From: Bdellovibrionota bacterium
GTDB lineage: Bacteria; Bdellovibrionota; UBA1018; UBA923
Assembly: GCA_040754655.1 (NCBI GenBank)
Contig: JBFMCE010000063.1
Coordinates: 1-23,538, forward strand
Length of the DNA: 23,538 bases
Direction of reading: 5' to 3'
Shown here: piece by piece, positions 8,478 to 17,254 of the stretch
How positions within the stretch are numbered: position 1 is the first letter of the stretch
Layout of the letters: the number at the start of each line of letters is the position of its first letter
The notes under the pieces: generated by a model
What the model saw: the letters and a program-made list of their open reading frames with translations, nothing else
Told to the model about the DNA's origin: nothing
Databases searched by the model: none
Made by a program: the position numbers and the translations under genes

Positions 8478-8532
8478 CACGACAGCCCAAACGAAGTAAA
8501 TACTTTGTATTGACACTGGCGAAGACGCGCAT

Positions 8533-9273
8533 CTAGCGCGCATCCTTCAACTGTTCGTAGGCGTTGCTGAAAAGCTCGATCCCCAGAGGCACTTTTTCAC
8601 CTCTTCCGCCGGGATGAAGTTCATCCGTCCAAAACGCTTCTGGATGAGGCATCAAGCCCATCACCCGCCCTTGGGCCGTGGTGAGACCTGCCGTCTGGTT
8701 CCAAGAACCGTTCACATCTTCGGTATAGCGAAGCACGATTTGGCCTTCTTGTTTGGCCTTGAGCGCATCTTTTTCATCTGCGAAAACAAGGCGCCCTTCC
8801 CCATGCCGAACGGGGAGCTCAAGCGTCGTAATGCCTCGGTCCCGAAGCCTGTCGGTGAAAATACTGGGTCCAGAAATCTCAAGCCTCACCCATCGGTTGA
8901 TGAAATGACCCTGCTCGTTTTGCGCAAGCACGACACCAGAACCAAAAACCCCGAGCCTTGTGAGCACTTGGAAGCCATTGCAAATACCAAGCACAGCCCC
9001 CCTTCGCTCAATGAACTTCGTCAATACTTCTCCTAGACCGTGTTTTAGTTTCAGAGCCAGGATTTTTCCGCTTCCTAATTCGTCGCCAAAAGAAAATCCG
9101 CCGGGGATCACGAGCAAGCTTGCTCCATCCAGCGATTTCCCCTTTTCCGCCAAGAAATCATTCACGTGAATCGTCTTCGCGAGAAATCCGGTTTCTTTCG
9201 CCGCGTACGCCGTTTCTTGCTCGCAGTTGATGCCATCGCCTGAAAGAATGAGTGCCCGTGCTTTGTTACTCAT
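8533..9273 (-). CDS. purQ: Phosphoribosylformylglycinamidine synthase glutaminase subunit
   Basis: GDGINCE, PGGFSFGD, GICNGFQ (catalytic Cys), HGEGR, GLMPHPE (His-Glu); ATGA overlap with purL. Confidence 0.96.
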   Translation of the reverse strand: MSNKARALILSGDGINCEQETAYAAKETGFLAKTIHVNDFLAEKGKSLDGASLLVIPGGFSFGDELGSGKILALKLKHGLGEVLTKFIERRGAVLGICNGFQVLTRLGVFGSGVVLAQNEQGHFINRWVRLEISGPSIFTDRLRDRGITTLELPVRHGEGRLVFADEKDALKAKQEGQIVLRYTEDVNGSWNQTAGLTTAQGRVMGLMPHPEAFWTDELHPGGRGEKVPLGIELFSNAYEQLKDAR

Positions 9274-12200
9274 CGCGTTTCCTCGCCGTGATAAGCGCGC
9301 TCAAGCGCGCGAAGATCCCATGAAACCTTGAGTTTCTCAGGCTGACGCACCTCAAGCGATAGCGTCTGGTTTTGGGCCGCCTCAAACGCCTCTCCCGCCT
9401 CGATCACCGTGAAATCTGAAAATTCCTCTCTGACCGCTTGAAGGTCTTCCCGTCTCACTGACAATACGAAACTAGTCGCGGGCTCGCTGAACAAGGTCGC
9501 CCAGTTGGGTTCACCGGTTCGCACGTCGGCAAGCTCTAAACTAAGCCTCGCGCTGGCGCCGCTGCCAAACAACATCTCGGCCGTCGCAACAAGCCAGCCC
9601 CCGTCACTCACATCATGAGCAGATTCAATGGCCTCTGTTTGAACCAGGCGGTGAAAAGCGGAAAGAAATTTCTGAGTGCGATTGAAATCAACCTTGGGAA
9701 GCCCCAGCGCGTCAGGAACGATGTCTTGCCCTGAAACCCAGAGAATTTTTCGAAGTTCTTTACCGGCAACCACATACCCCTTGGGAATCTTTCTCACGTC
9801 ATGGACTTTTCCCATCGCTGTGATCAAGACCGTCGGAGGAACGCTGATCTTCACGTCACCCATGCGGTAATCGTTTTTCATTGAATCTTTGCCTGAAACA
9901 AAAGGCATTCTGAGCGCAACCGCGCCGTCAAAAAGACGCTGGCAGGTCACGACCAATGCTCCTAGCTTCTCGGCGGCATCCGGATTGCCGGGGCCAGCGA
10001 GCGGATCAGGCCAACAAAAATTATCGACAAGCGCTGCGTGCGCGGGATCCAAACCTGCGACCACGGCATTGCGAAGCGCTTCATCCAACGCCAGTTCGGC
10101 TGCGACTTTAGGATCGATCGCGGCCGCATACGGAGCAAGTCCCAATCCCAATGCAATACCTTCAAAACTTGAACGGCCAAGCCTCAGAGTCGCCCCATCG
10201 TTTGGAGCAAGGTGTTCAGGCGTTCCATAAGGTTTTCTCACAGACCTTGCCTGAACTTCATGGTCATACTGCCTGACCATTGGTCTTCTTGTTCTTACGT
10301 TGGGAAGAGACAGTACTTCAGGAAAAACTTTTTCAAGCGACAACGAAAGCGCCTTGTCTCCCAACTGCAGCCAAGCTCCGAAGCGTTTTTTATCACTGCG
10401 CTGAACCTTGGGGACCCTGGCATTCAGCTCTAACTGCGGCAACCCTTCGTGCAAGAAAGCCATCTCGAGCTCACCCACTGTTTGCTCATGATAGAGAATG
10501 TGGAATCTGCCGGAGTCTTCAAACTCGCCTAAGACCGAGCACTCAACTCCCCGCCTGTCGGCTAACGCCAGGAAGCTTGCAAGTTTCTCTGGTTGGACCG
10601 CGAAGGACATGCGCTCTTGGGACTCGCTCACCACCAATTCAAAAGGTTTAAGGCCTGGATATTTTGTTTTCGCCAGACCCACGTCCATTTTGGCCCCACC
10701 TTTTTTTCCGCAAAGCCTCGCGAGCTCGCCAATGCTTGAAGAAAGCCCTCCGGCACCGTTGTCAGTCACCGCTCGAAACAGACCCTGGTCTCGCGCTTCA
10801 ATCAAAAAGTCCCACACCCTGCGCTGTGTGAGCGGATCGCCAAGCTGAACTGCTGAAACAGGCGAATCCTCGTTCATCTCAAGCGAACTGAATGTGGCGC
10901 CGTGAATGCCGTCTTTACCGATTCGACCGCCGACCATCACGATGTGATCGCCTGGCTCGATAGTCTTGGTGATAAAGTCTTTGTCCGCCGGTAAAACGCC
11001 GATCGTGCCGCAAAACACCAAAGGCTTCCCCAAATAACCCTCATGGTGCACGACTGCGCCCGTGACTGTCGGGATGCCGCTCTTGTTGCCACCATGCTCT
11101 ACGCCCACACGCACGCCTTCCAAAATGCGCCGGGGATGGTGCAGCCGTGGCGGCAAGGGTTCTTTCGCGTCAAGGGGGCCTACGCAAAAGACATCGAGAT
11201 TGGCGATGGGATGGGCTCCAAGGCCCACTCCCAGGATATCGCGATTTACGCCGACGATTCCGGTGAGCGCGCCGCCGTACGGGTCAAGCGCGCTGGGGCT
11301 GTTGTGGGTCTCGACTTTGATCGCGCAGTCCCACTCTGATGTCACCTGAATGACGCCTGCATTGTCTTCAAAAACGGATTTCAAGTATGAAGCGGGGATC
11401 TCACGCGTAGCCCCCCGAATGTAGGTCTTAAAGACGCTCGAAACCCTTTCAGGCAACTCGATGTCTTTTCTTTCGTTCTCAATCGAAATGGCAGCTGCAA
11501 ATATTTTATGTTTGCAGTGCTCAGACCAAGTCTGAGCCAGCACCTCGATCTCGACATCGGTCACCGGCCTGCCAAGCGCGCGGTAATGGGTTTGAATGCA
11601 CTCAAGCTCAGAACGCGTAAGCGCCCAAAGCCTTTCCCTGGAAAGTTTCTCAAGCTCGTCCAAGTTCAAGGCCAAAAAATCAATTTTCCCGACTTCACCC
11701 GAAACCTTAAGTGTGCTTGCCTGCGGGCGCTCTTCCATCAAAGCGCCCTTGAAAAGCCCCGCATCCTTTTCTTTGGCTTGCCCAAAGGCCCAAACCTCAA
11801 CCCGCTCGATCAACGCATTGAAAAAGACTTCCTCGGCATAGGCGCGAACTTCGTCTGCGGACACCTCCCTCGGCAACTCAAGCCAGAGCCTTGAACCTGA
11901 TCGACATTCGGTCGAGGCGCCACCACAGACGAGCGAAACCGCTTCCGCCAAGACGTGCCCTGGGTTGTCGGTCACCCCAGGGCGAAATGATTTCTCGAGG
12001 CACCACCATTGAGAGCGCTCTTGTTGCTTCAAGACTTCATTGGGCCAACGTGAGCCAGCGGCGCTGACCTTGCACAAAGGATCGGCCAAGACTTCTTCCG
12101 CCAAAGCACGGCTCACCTGATCTCGAATATCAGCTGAACCCGCGACCGCCACCCAATACACCTCAGTCGAAAAAGCGCGAATCTGATGGTACTTTGCCCA

Positions 12201-12299
12201 CTTGGGAAAAAACAAACTCATCTCTGAGAGAGCTCTTCGCGCCCTCGGATCCCACTTTGAATCGACCGGCGCGCGCTCTACGCGAATCAGGTGTCTCAC
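9270..12299 (-). CDS. purL: Phosphoribosylformylglycinamidine synthase synthetase subunit with N-terminal PurS-like extension
   Basis: AQTWSEHCKHKIF, DNAG, KVETHNSPS, GGRIGKDGIHGATFSS, DNGAGG, SESQERM, QYDHEVQ, SGKDS, HDVSDGG. The N-terminal ~200 aa contain RPGVTDNPG (PurS-like). Confidence 0.96.
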   Translation of the reverse strand: MRHLIRVERAPVDSKWDPRARRALSEMSLFFPKWAKYHQIRAFSTEVYWVAVAGSADIRDQVSRALAEEVLADPLCKVSAAGSRWPNEVLKQQERSQWWCLEKSFRPGVTDNPGHVLAEAVSLVCGGASTECRSGSRLWLELPREVSADEVRAYAEEVFFNALIERVEVWAFGQAKEKDAGLFKGALMEERPQASTLKVSGEVGKIDFLALNLDELEKLSRERLWALTRSELECIQTHYRALGRPVTDVEIEVLAQTWSEHCKHKIFAAAISIENERKDIELPERVSSVFKTYIRGATREIPASYLKSVFEDNAGVIQVTSEWDCAIKVETHNSPSALDPYGGALTGIVGVNRDILGVGLGAHPIANLDVFCVGPLDAKEPLPPRLHHPRRILEGVRVGVEHGGNKSGIPTVTGAVVHHEGYLGKPLVFCGTIGVLPADKDFITKTIEPGDHIVMVGGRIGKDGIHGATFSSLEMNEDSPVSAVQLGDPLTQRRVWDFLIEARDQGLFRAVTDNGAGGLSSSIGELARLCGKKGGAKMDVGLAKTKYPGLKPFELVVSESQERMSFAVQPEKLASFLALADRRGVECSVLGEFEDSGRFHILYHEQTVGELEMAFLHEGLPQLELNARVPKVQRSDKKRFGAWLQLGDKALSLSLEKVFPEVLSLPNVRTRRPMVRQYDHEVQARSVRKPYGTPEHLAPNDGATLRLGRSSFEGIALGLGLAPYAAAIDPKVAAELALDEALRNAVVAGLDPAHAALVDNFCWPDPLAGPGNPDAAEKLGALVVTCQRLFDGAVALRMPFVSGKDSMKNDYRMGDVKISVPPTVLITAMGKVHDVRKIPKGYVVAGKELRKILWVSGQDIVPDALGLPKVDFNRTQKFLSAFHRLVQTEAIESAHDVSDGGWLVATAEMLFGSGASARLSLELADVRTGEPNWATLFSEPATSFVLSVRREDLQAVREEFSDFTVIEAGEAFEAAQNQTLSLEVRQPEKLKVSWDLRALERAYHGEETR

Positions 12300-12958
12300 G
12301 CTTCTCCTCCAAACACGACCCTGGGTCGCCCTGCGCCTTCAGACCCGCGTGAAAGACGCCACGAATGATTGAACAACTTGTACAGCGCTTCGCTGTAAAG
12401 CTCATGCTCAACGGCAAGACCTCTTTTCAAAAGCGCTTCCAGGGTGTCATCGTCTCGAACCTCAAAGGACCGTTGCAAAACCACCGGGCCATCGTCTAGT
12501 CCGGTGGTCACCAGATGAACCGTGGCTCCCGTGACCTTTACACCGTACTCTAAGGCTTGCCGGTAGCCACTCGTGCCTGGGAAAGCAGGCAAAAGGGAAG
12601 GATGGATGTTCACGATCCGAGACACGCCCAATTCACTGTCCCAAAATCTCTCGATGAATTCTTTTGTCAGGAGGCGCATATAACCTGCGAGCACGATCCA
12701 TGGCCGCTCTGCTTGAGGCAGCGCCTCTAGGATTTTCTTCTCGTGCTGCTCGCGACCACATCCCTTGTGCGAAACGGCGATCACCGGAACCTTGAACATT
12801 CTTGCAATCTCGGTTGCTCCGCAGCCATCTGTATTGCTCACGAGAGCGCGAATGTCTGCGTTGAGTTTGCCCGCATGCACCGCTTGACAGAGAGCTTCGA
12901 AGTTCGATCCCCTGCCGCTGGCAAAAACAAAGACAGGGATCAAGGCTTTCTTCTTCAT
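12296..12958 (-). CDS. purN: Phosphoribosylglycinamide formyltransferase
   Basis: ASGRGSNFEAL, LAGYMR, NIHPSLLPAFPG, GATVHLV, LDDGP. Confidence 0.97.
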   Translation of the reverse strand: MKKKALIPVFVFASGRGSNFEALCQAVHAGKLNADIRALVSNTDGCGATEIARMFKVPVIAVSHKGCGREQHEKKILEALPQAERPWIVLAGYMRLLTKEFIERFWDSELGVSRIVNIHPSLLPAFPGTSGYRQALEYGVKVTGATVHLVTTGLDDGPVVLQRSFEVRDDDTLEALLKRGLAVEHELYSEALYKLFNHSWRLSRGSEGAGRPRVVFGGEA

Positions 12959-12960
12959 TT

Positions 12961-14316
12961 CTAATACCCAGGCCCCACGGCCCCAATATCGCGCCGAAAG
13001 TACATGCCCTCAAACTTCACCTTCTCCAAGGCCTCTAAGGCTTGAAACCGGGCTCCTTCAATCGAATTAGCCAAAGCGCTGATGCTAAACACTCTTCCAC
13101 CGCTGTTGTAGAGTTTTGAATCCTTGCCTTGAACGCCGGCGAAATAAATATGAACGCCCTCCAAGTTTTCGGCGCCCGAAATCTCATAGCCCACATCGGG
13201 TCTTTCCGGATAACCACGGCTTGCGGCAACAATATTCACACAGCTTTGCGACGTCCAACGAGGAGGAAGCGAGTCGAGATATCTTTTGAGGTCACCCATA
13301 GCCACGCCGTAGAGCAGTGGCAAGAGATCGGACTCGAGCCTCGGCAAAATCACTTGAGTCTCGGGGTCGCCAAACCTTGCGTTGAACTCGAGCACCCAAT
13401 AGTCTTTTTCCCGAACCATGAGCCCCGCATAAAGAAGCCCTTTGAAAGGCGATTTCGCGGCTGCCATCTGCGCAAGTGCCGCAGGAAAAACCTTATCCGC
13501 GATTTCTTGGATCACGGTGCGATCAAGCCACGGCACAGGGCTGTAAGCTCCCATCCCGCCCGTATTGGGACCGTAGTTCCCTTCATAAAGGTGTTTGTGA
13601 TCGCAGGCCGCTTCAAGCGCCACATAAGTCGTTCCATCAGTCAGGGCGAACAGACTCACCTCATGCCCCGAGAGAAACTCTTCGGCTACGACTAACGGTT
13701 TCACGACCGAGTCATTGCGACTGAATTTTCTTCTTTCAAAGATATCGGCCAAAAAAGCCTTGGCCTCAGACTCGCCAATGCAGATGCGGACTCCTTTGCC
13801 CAAGGCCAACCCATCGTACTTGAGAACGACGGGGAAACCTCCCACAGAATCAATGATCTTTCCGACTTCCGGGAGGTCTTCTTCACGAATGGTTCGGTGC
13901 CTCGCGGTTGGAATAGATGCTTTTTCGAGGATGGTCTTTGCGAAAACCTTGCTTGACTCGATGCGGGCAGCACCTTGCCTGGGACCAAAAACCAGCAAGC
14001 CCGCGTCTTCTAAAGAATCTACGATCCCATCCGCTAGAAGGTCGTCGGGCCCTACGACTACCAATCCAACCCCGAGCTTTTTCAGCTGGGAAATAAGTTT
14101 GGGATGATCCGTGAGATCCGTGGTTTCGATCCCGACCTTCGCACTCAAACGAGCCGGCAATCCAAGCAACATCCCAGCGTTGCCCGGCAACACCGTCACT
14201 TTTTCACAAAGCACGCTCTCGGCGATCTTGCGAGCCAATGCGTGCTCTCTGCCCCCAGAACCAAGAACCGCGACAGCAATGGGTTTTGAAAGAAACTCGT
14301 GATTTAAGCGAGGCAC
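12961..14316 (-). CDS. purD: Phosphoribosylamine-glycine ligase
   Basis: GSGGREHAL, PGNAG, ESSKVFAK, DGLALGKGV, GPNTGGMGAYSP, EFNARFGDPETQ, GGRV. Confidence 0.97.
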   Translation of the reverse strand: MPRLNHEFLSKPIAVAVLGSGGREHALARKIAESVLCEKVTVLPGNAGMLLGLPARLSAKVGIETTDLTDHPKLISQLKKLGVGLVVVGPDDLLADGIVDSLEDAGLLVFGPRQGAARIESSKVFAKTILEKASIPTARHRTIREEDLPEVGKIIDSVGGFPVVLKYDGLALGKGVRICIGESEAKAFLADIFERRKFSRNDSVVKPLVVAEEFLSGHEVSLFALTDGTTYVALEAACDHKHLYEGNYGPNTGGMGAYSPVPWLDRTVIQEIADKVFPAALAQMAAAKSPFKGLLYAGLMVREKDYWVLEFNARFGDPETQVILPRLESDLLPLLYGVAMGDLKRYLDSLPPRWTSQSCVNIVAASRGYPERPDVGYEISGAENLEGVHIYFAGVQGKDSKLYNSGGRVFSISALANSIEGARFQALEALEKVKFEGMYFRRDIGAVGPGY

Positions 14317-15440
14317 CTTCTAATCCTTTCTAGGGCCTGGTTCAAAGGCAAGCCCCGTAGGCCCGGGTTTTCTCCGCAGACCGCCAAAGCCAGTGACGGA
14401 TAAAGTACATCCGCGGCGTCTGAAAAAGCCGCCGTGAGAAGCGGCGGTTCACCTGCGCGCTGGCGAACCCTGTCTTTCCAATCGATCTTGGGATCAAGGT
14501 TTGCCTCGCGCTTGGCTTCTTTGACTTCTTGGAACCAAGGCGTCTTTCGATAAAACAGGCGCAAGAATTCTTTTGAGATCTGGGTTCCACTCTTAGGATC
14601 AATGAGTCGCAACTCATCAGGCCCGATCGAATCGACCAAGGCTAGTTTCCCGTCTATCAGTCCCCACTCGACTTTCCCGTCCCACAGTTCAAGTCCCTTG
14701 GACTGAAAAAACTCCGCCAACCAAACCGCGATGCAAAACGAAGAAGCGACGAGCTCTTTGAACTGCGTGAAATCTAAACCAGAGTAGTTTAGGGCCTGTT
14801 CCCAAGTCAAAAACCGGTCGGTATCTTCAAGCTTCGTGAAAAACTCAAGCACCGGCATGGCAAACAGCGATCCCACCTCGGGCAGTGAATCAAAGCCCAT
14901 TTGCTGCGCATACTCTGGCGTTAGCCGTTCAATGAGGCTCGAACCTTCTGGCATGCCAAACCGAAAGACGACTTCAAGCGGAACGAGTTTTGACGCCATT
15001 TCAGGACTTGCTCCAAAAGAACCTGCCCTGTAATGGTAGAGGGTTTGGCCCGCGATTTTTTCTACTGCGGGTTCTGGGATGGCAACTCTTTGAACCAAAA
15101 GCTTATTGGGTGCCGGGCGGTCTAAAAAATGATGCCTTAATCCCGTGGCCTTAAGAGCTACAAGCCTCTCTTCAATCGCCTCGCGAAGAGAGGGCTCTAG
15201 CGGTGCAAACCACTCTGACGCGCTCGTCTTTTTCCAAGATTCCGCGCGGCCCAGCGCCGTGAAAAAGAACGCTCCCAGGGCCGCAAGTGACTCGCCCTTA
15301 TAAGCAAGCTCATTGGGCATCCTTCCCCAATCAAAAACAGAATAGGCGTTGGTGTATTCAAACTCGAGCGAACGGCTATCGACTTCCCAGAGATTCTTTA
15401 CGCTTCCCTCATAAATCAGGCGACGCTCTGGCTTGCTCAT
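14304..15440 (-). CDS. purC: SAICAR synthetase (long form, 378 aa)
   Basis: YEGSVK, YSVFDWG, VPLEVVFR, EFFTKLE, DGKVEWG, VDSIGPDELR, SKEFLR; embedded in the pur operon. Confidence 0.93.
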   Translation of the reverse strand: MSKPERRLIYEGSVKNLWEVDSRSLEFEYTNAYSVFDWGRMPNELAYKGESLAALGAFFFTALGRAESWKKTSASEWFAPLEPSLREAIEERLVALKATGLRHHFLDRPAPNKLLVQRVAIPEPAVEKIAGQTLYHYRAGSFGASPEMASKLVPLEVVFRFGMPEGSSLIERLTPEYAQQMGFDSLPEVGSLFAMPVLEFFTKLEDTDRFLTWEQALNYSGLDFTQFKELVASSFCIAVWLAEFFQSKGLELWDGKVEWGLIDGKLALVDSIGPDELRLIDPKSGTQISKEFLRLFYRKTPWFQEVKEAKREANLDPKIDWKDRVRQRAGEPPLLTAAFSDAADVLYPSLALAVCGENPGLRGLPLNQALERIRRCLA

Positions 15441-15441
15441 C

Positions 15442-16899
15442 TTACCTAGAGTCCCCGCGTTGGCTGTGCCTCAATGCCGCAAACCTGGAAGACTCAGACA
15501 CATCCGTAGGATATTTTCCATCAAGACACGCGATGCAAGGCTTTTCGATTCGCCCTTGGCTTACCTTGGCGATGCTTTCAAGCAAGCCCTTTGTATCTTG
15601 GTAAATGACGCCATCGGCATCAAGAGCCTTGGCGATTTGCTCTTCTGTTTTGTCAGACGCGATCAACTCTCGCCGATCCGGAAAATCAATCCCGTAGAAA
15701 CAGGGGAACCGGATGGGCGGGCAAGTGCTTACAAAATAGACTTTCTTGGCGCCTGCGCGCTTGACCAGTTCCACGATTTTCTTTGAGGTCGTTCCGCGCA
15801 CGATCGAATCATCAACCAAGATGATGCTCTTGCCTTCGATTTCGCTGCGAACAGGATTCAGTTTCAAATCAACCGCGCTTTCGCGCTTCTGTTGCGACCC
15901 TAAGATAAAAGTCCGTTTGATGTAGCGGTTTTTGATCAAGACTTCGCGGTATGGAAGCCTGAGTTCTTCAGCGAGCGCTGCAGCAGCGGTGCGAGATGTA
16001 TCCGGAACCGGAGCGACAAGATCAGCTTCGAGCTCTCCACTATCTATCTTCAGTTGAATACGCCGGGCAAGCGAACGCCCCAGCTCAAGCCTCGTGCCGT
16101 AAACAGGCGTTTCTTCAAAAGAGCTTTCGGCCCCCGCGAAATAAACCCACTCAAACATACAGGGCCGCAACTCGGCCTGCTTCGCCGTGGGAATGACCCT
16201 TGAATGCACGGTGAGATCTTGTGTGATGTAGAGCAACTCGCCGGGCTTCAAATCACGTTCGAACTCATAACCCGAAAAAGACAGAGGAATGGTTTCGCTC
16301 GCGACCATATAGGCTGTTTTGTTTCCAACTTTCTTTTTGCCTAAAACCAAGGGCCTAATCCCATGAGGGTCTCGAAACGCGAACAGCCCTCCTTCACCTA
16401 AAATCCCTGCGACGCTGTAGCTTCCATGAAGGTTTTCAAACACGGACTTGGTCGCGCGCACGAGATCTTCAAACTCACATCCTTCCAGGTGATGGGCAAA
16501 CCAATTGAGGATTGCCTCGGTATCGGATTGCGTCAAACACCTGCGGCGCATTTCTTTTTGCAGGCGCTCTTTTGAAGCCTGATAGTTCACCAGGTTTCCG
16601 TTGTGCACCATACCCATGCCGTAAGGATAGTTGAGGATCAGGGGTTGCACGTCTTGCACGTCTCCCTTGCCTACGGTGGAATACCGGGTGTGTCCGATGG
16701 CGATCTCGCCCGTCAACCCTTCGATCGCCGCGCGAGAAAAAATATTTTCAACAAGCCCTAAATTCTTAACAAGATGGAAGGATTGATCATAAGTCAGGAT
16801 ACCAGCGGCATCTTGCCCCCGATGCTGCAATGTGATCAGTCCCATGAATGCTTCTTTGGATGCTTCTGGTGAACCAATAACCCCGATTACGCCACACAT
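15442..16899 (-). CDS. purF: Amidophosphoribosyltransferase
   Basis: N-terminal MCG nucleophile, QHRGQDAAG, GHTRYST, HNGNLVN, RDPHGIRPL, CMFEWVYF, VDDSIVRGTT, PCFYGID, CIACLDGKYP (Fe-S type). Confidence 0.98.
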   Translation of the reverse strand: MCGVIGVIGSPEASKEAFMGLITLQHRGQDAAGILTYDQSFHLVKNLGLVENIFSRAAIEGLTGEIAIGHTRYSTVGKGDVQDVQPLILNYPYGMGMVHNGNLVNYQASKERLQKEMRRRCLTQSDTEAILNWFAHHLEGCEFEDLVRATKSVFENLHGSYSVAGILGEGGLFAFRDPHGIRPLVLGKKKVGNKTAYMVASETIPLSFSGYEFERDLKPGELLYITQDLTVHSRVIPTAKQAELRPCMFEWVYFAGAESSFEETPVYGTRLELGRSLARRIQLKIDSGELEADLVAPVPDTSRTAAAALAEELRLPYREVLIKNRYIKRTFILGSQQKRESAVDLKLNPVRSEIEGKSIILVDDSIVRGTTSKKIVELVKRAGAKKVYFVSTCPPIRFPCFYGIDFPDRRELIASDKTEEQIAKALDADGVIYQDTKGLLESIAKVSQGRIEKPCIACLDGKYPTDVSESSRFAALRHSQRGDSR

Positions 16900-16910
16900 T
16901 TATGGTTTGG

Positions 16911-16939
16911 AAAGTAACGGAAACCCAATGCAAATTCAA
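16911..16939 (-). promoter_or_regulatory. Candidate sigma-70 promoter of the pur operon
   Basis: Minus strand TTGAAT-N17-TACTTT, ending 11 nt before the purF ATG; no Shine-Dalgarno sequence. Confidence 0.45.
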
Positions 16940-17156
16940 TCGCTAGTATGGGTGGAGCGAAGATAATAACTGCTATTCCAGACCGGCCTGTCCTCTCTTG
17001 CTTACTGAGAAGCTGATCGGCTGGCAGCACCTAAAAAATCTTAGCGATCCGCCAAACCTTCAAGATCAATTCTTCCAGGCTGAAGCTCTTATGAATGATT
17101 GCGATTCAAACACCTGGCGGATGAAATCAAAGGAGAAAAGCATGCCTTGAAAAAAA

Positions 17157-17172
17157 TTGACACGTCGGTCAA
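17157..17172. promoter_or_regulatory. Inverted repeat overlapping a perfect -35 hexamer upstream of the peptidase
   Basis: TTGAC-ACGTCG-GTCAA. It begins with TTGACA and is preceded by an A-tract. Confidence 0.4.
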
Positions 17173-17254
17173 GGCTGGTTTACTCGATTATCCGAAATGT
17201 TGGGTTGGGGCTCAACATTTATGGGGAAGTCATTCAAGGGGGAGTTCAATCACG

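Noticed and set aside
8449..8532. 27-aa minus-strand ORF immediately after the purQ stop (MRVFASVNTKYLL...), faintly like the PurH N-terminus RALFSVSDKTYL
   Set aside because: Too short and too weak at protein and DNA level to call a purH remnant; probably chance.
17131..17148. GGCATGC on the minus strand resembling the sigma-54 -24 box
   Set aside because: No GC or GA at the -12 position (it reads TC), and no gene start at a suitable distance.
17099..17254. 52-aa N-terminal extension of the C1B peptidase
   Set aside because: TTG start without an RBS; the ATG at 17255 has GGGGAG and begins a clean signal peptide.
16900..17254. Known purine-related riboswitch or PurR box upstream of purF (also checked upstream of purH)
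   Set aside because: No recognisable consensus for purine, ZTP or PRPP riboswitches or the E. coli PurR box by eye.
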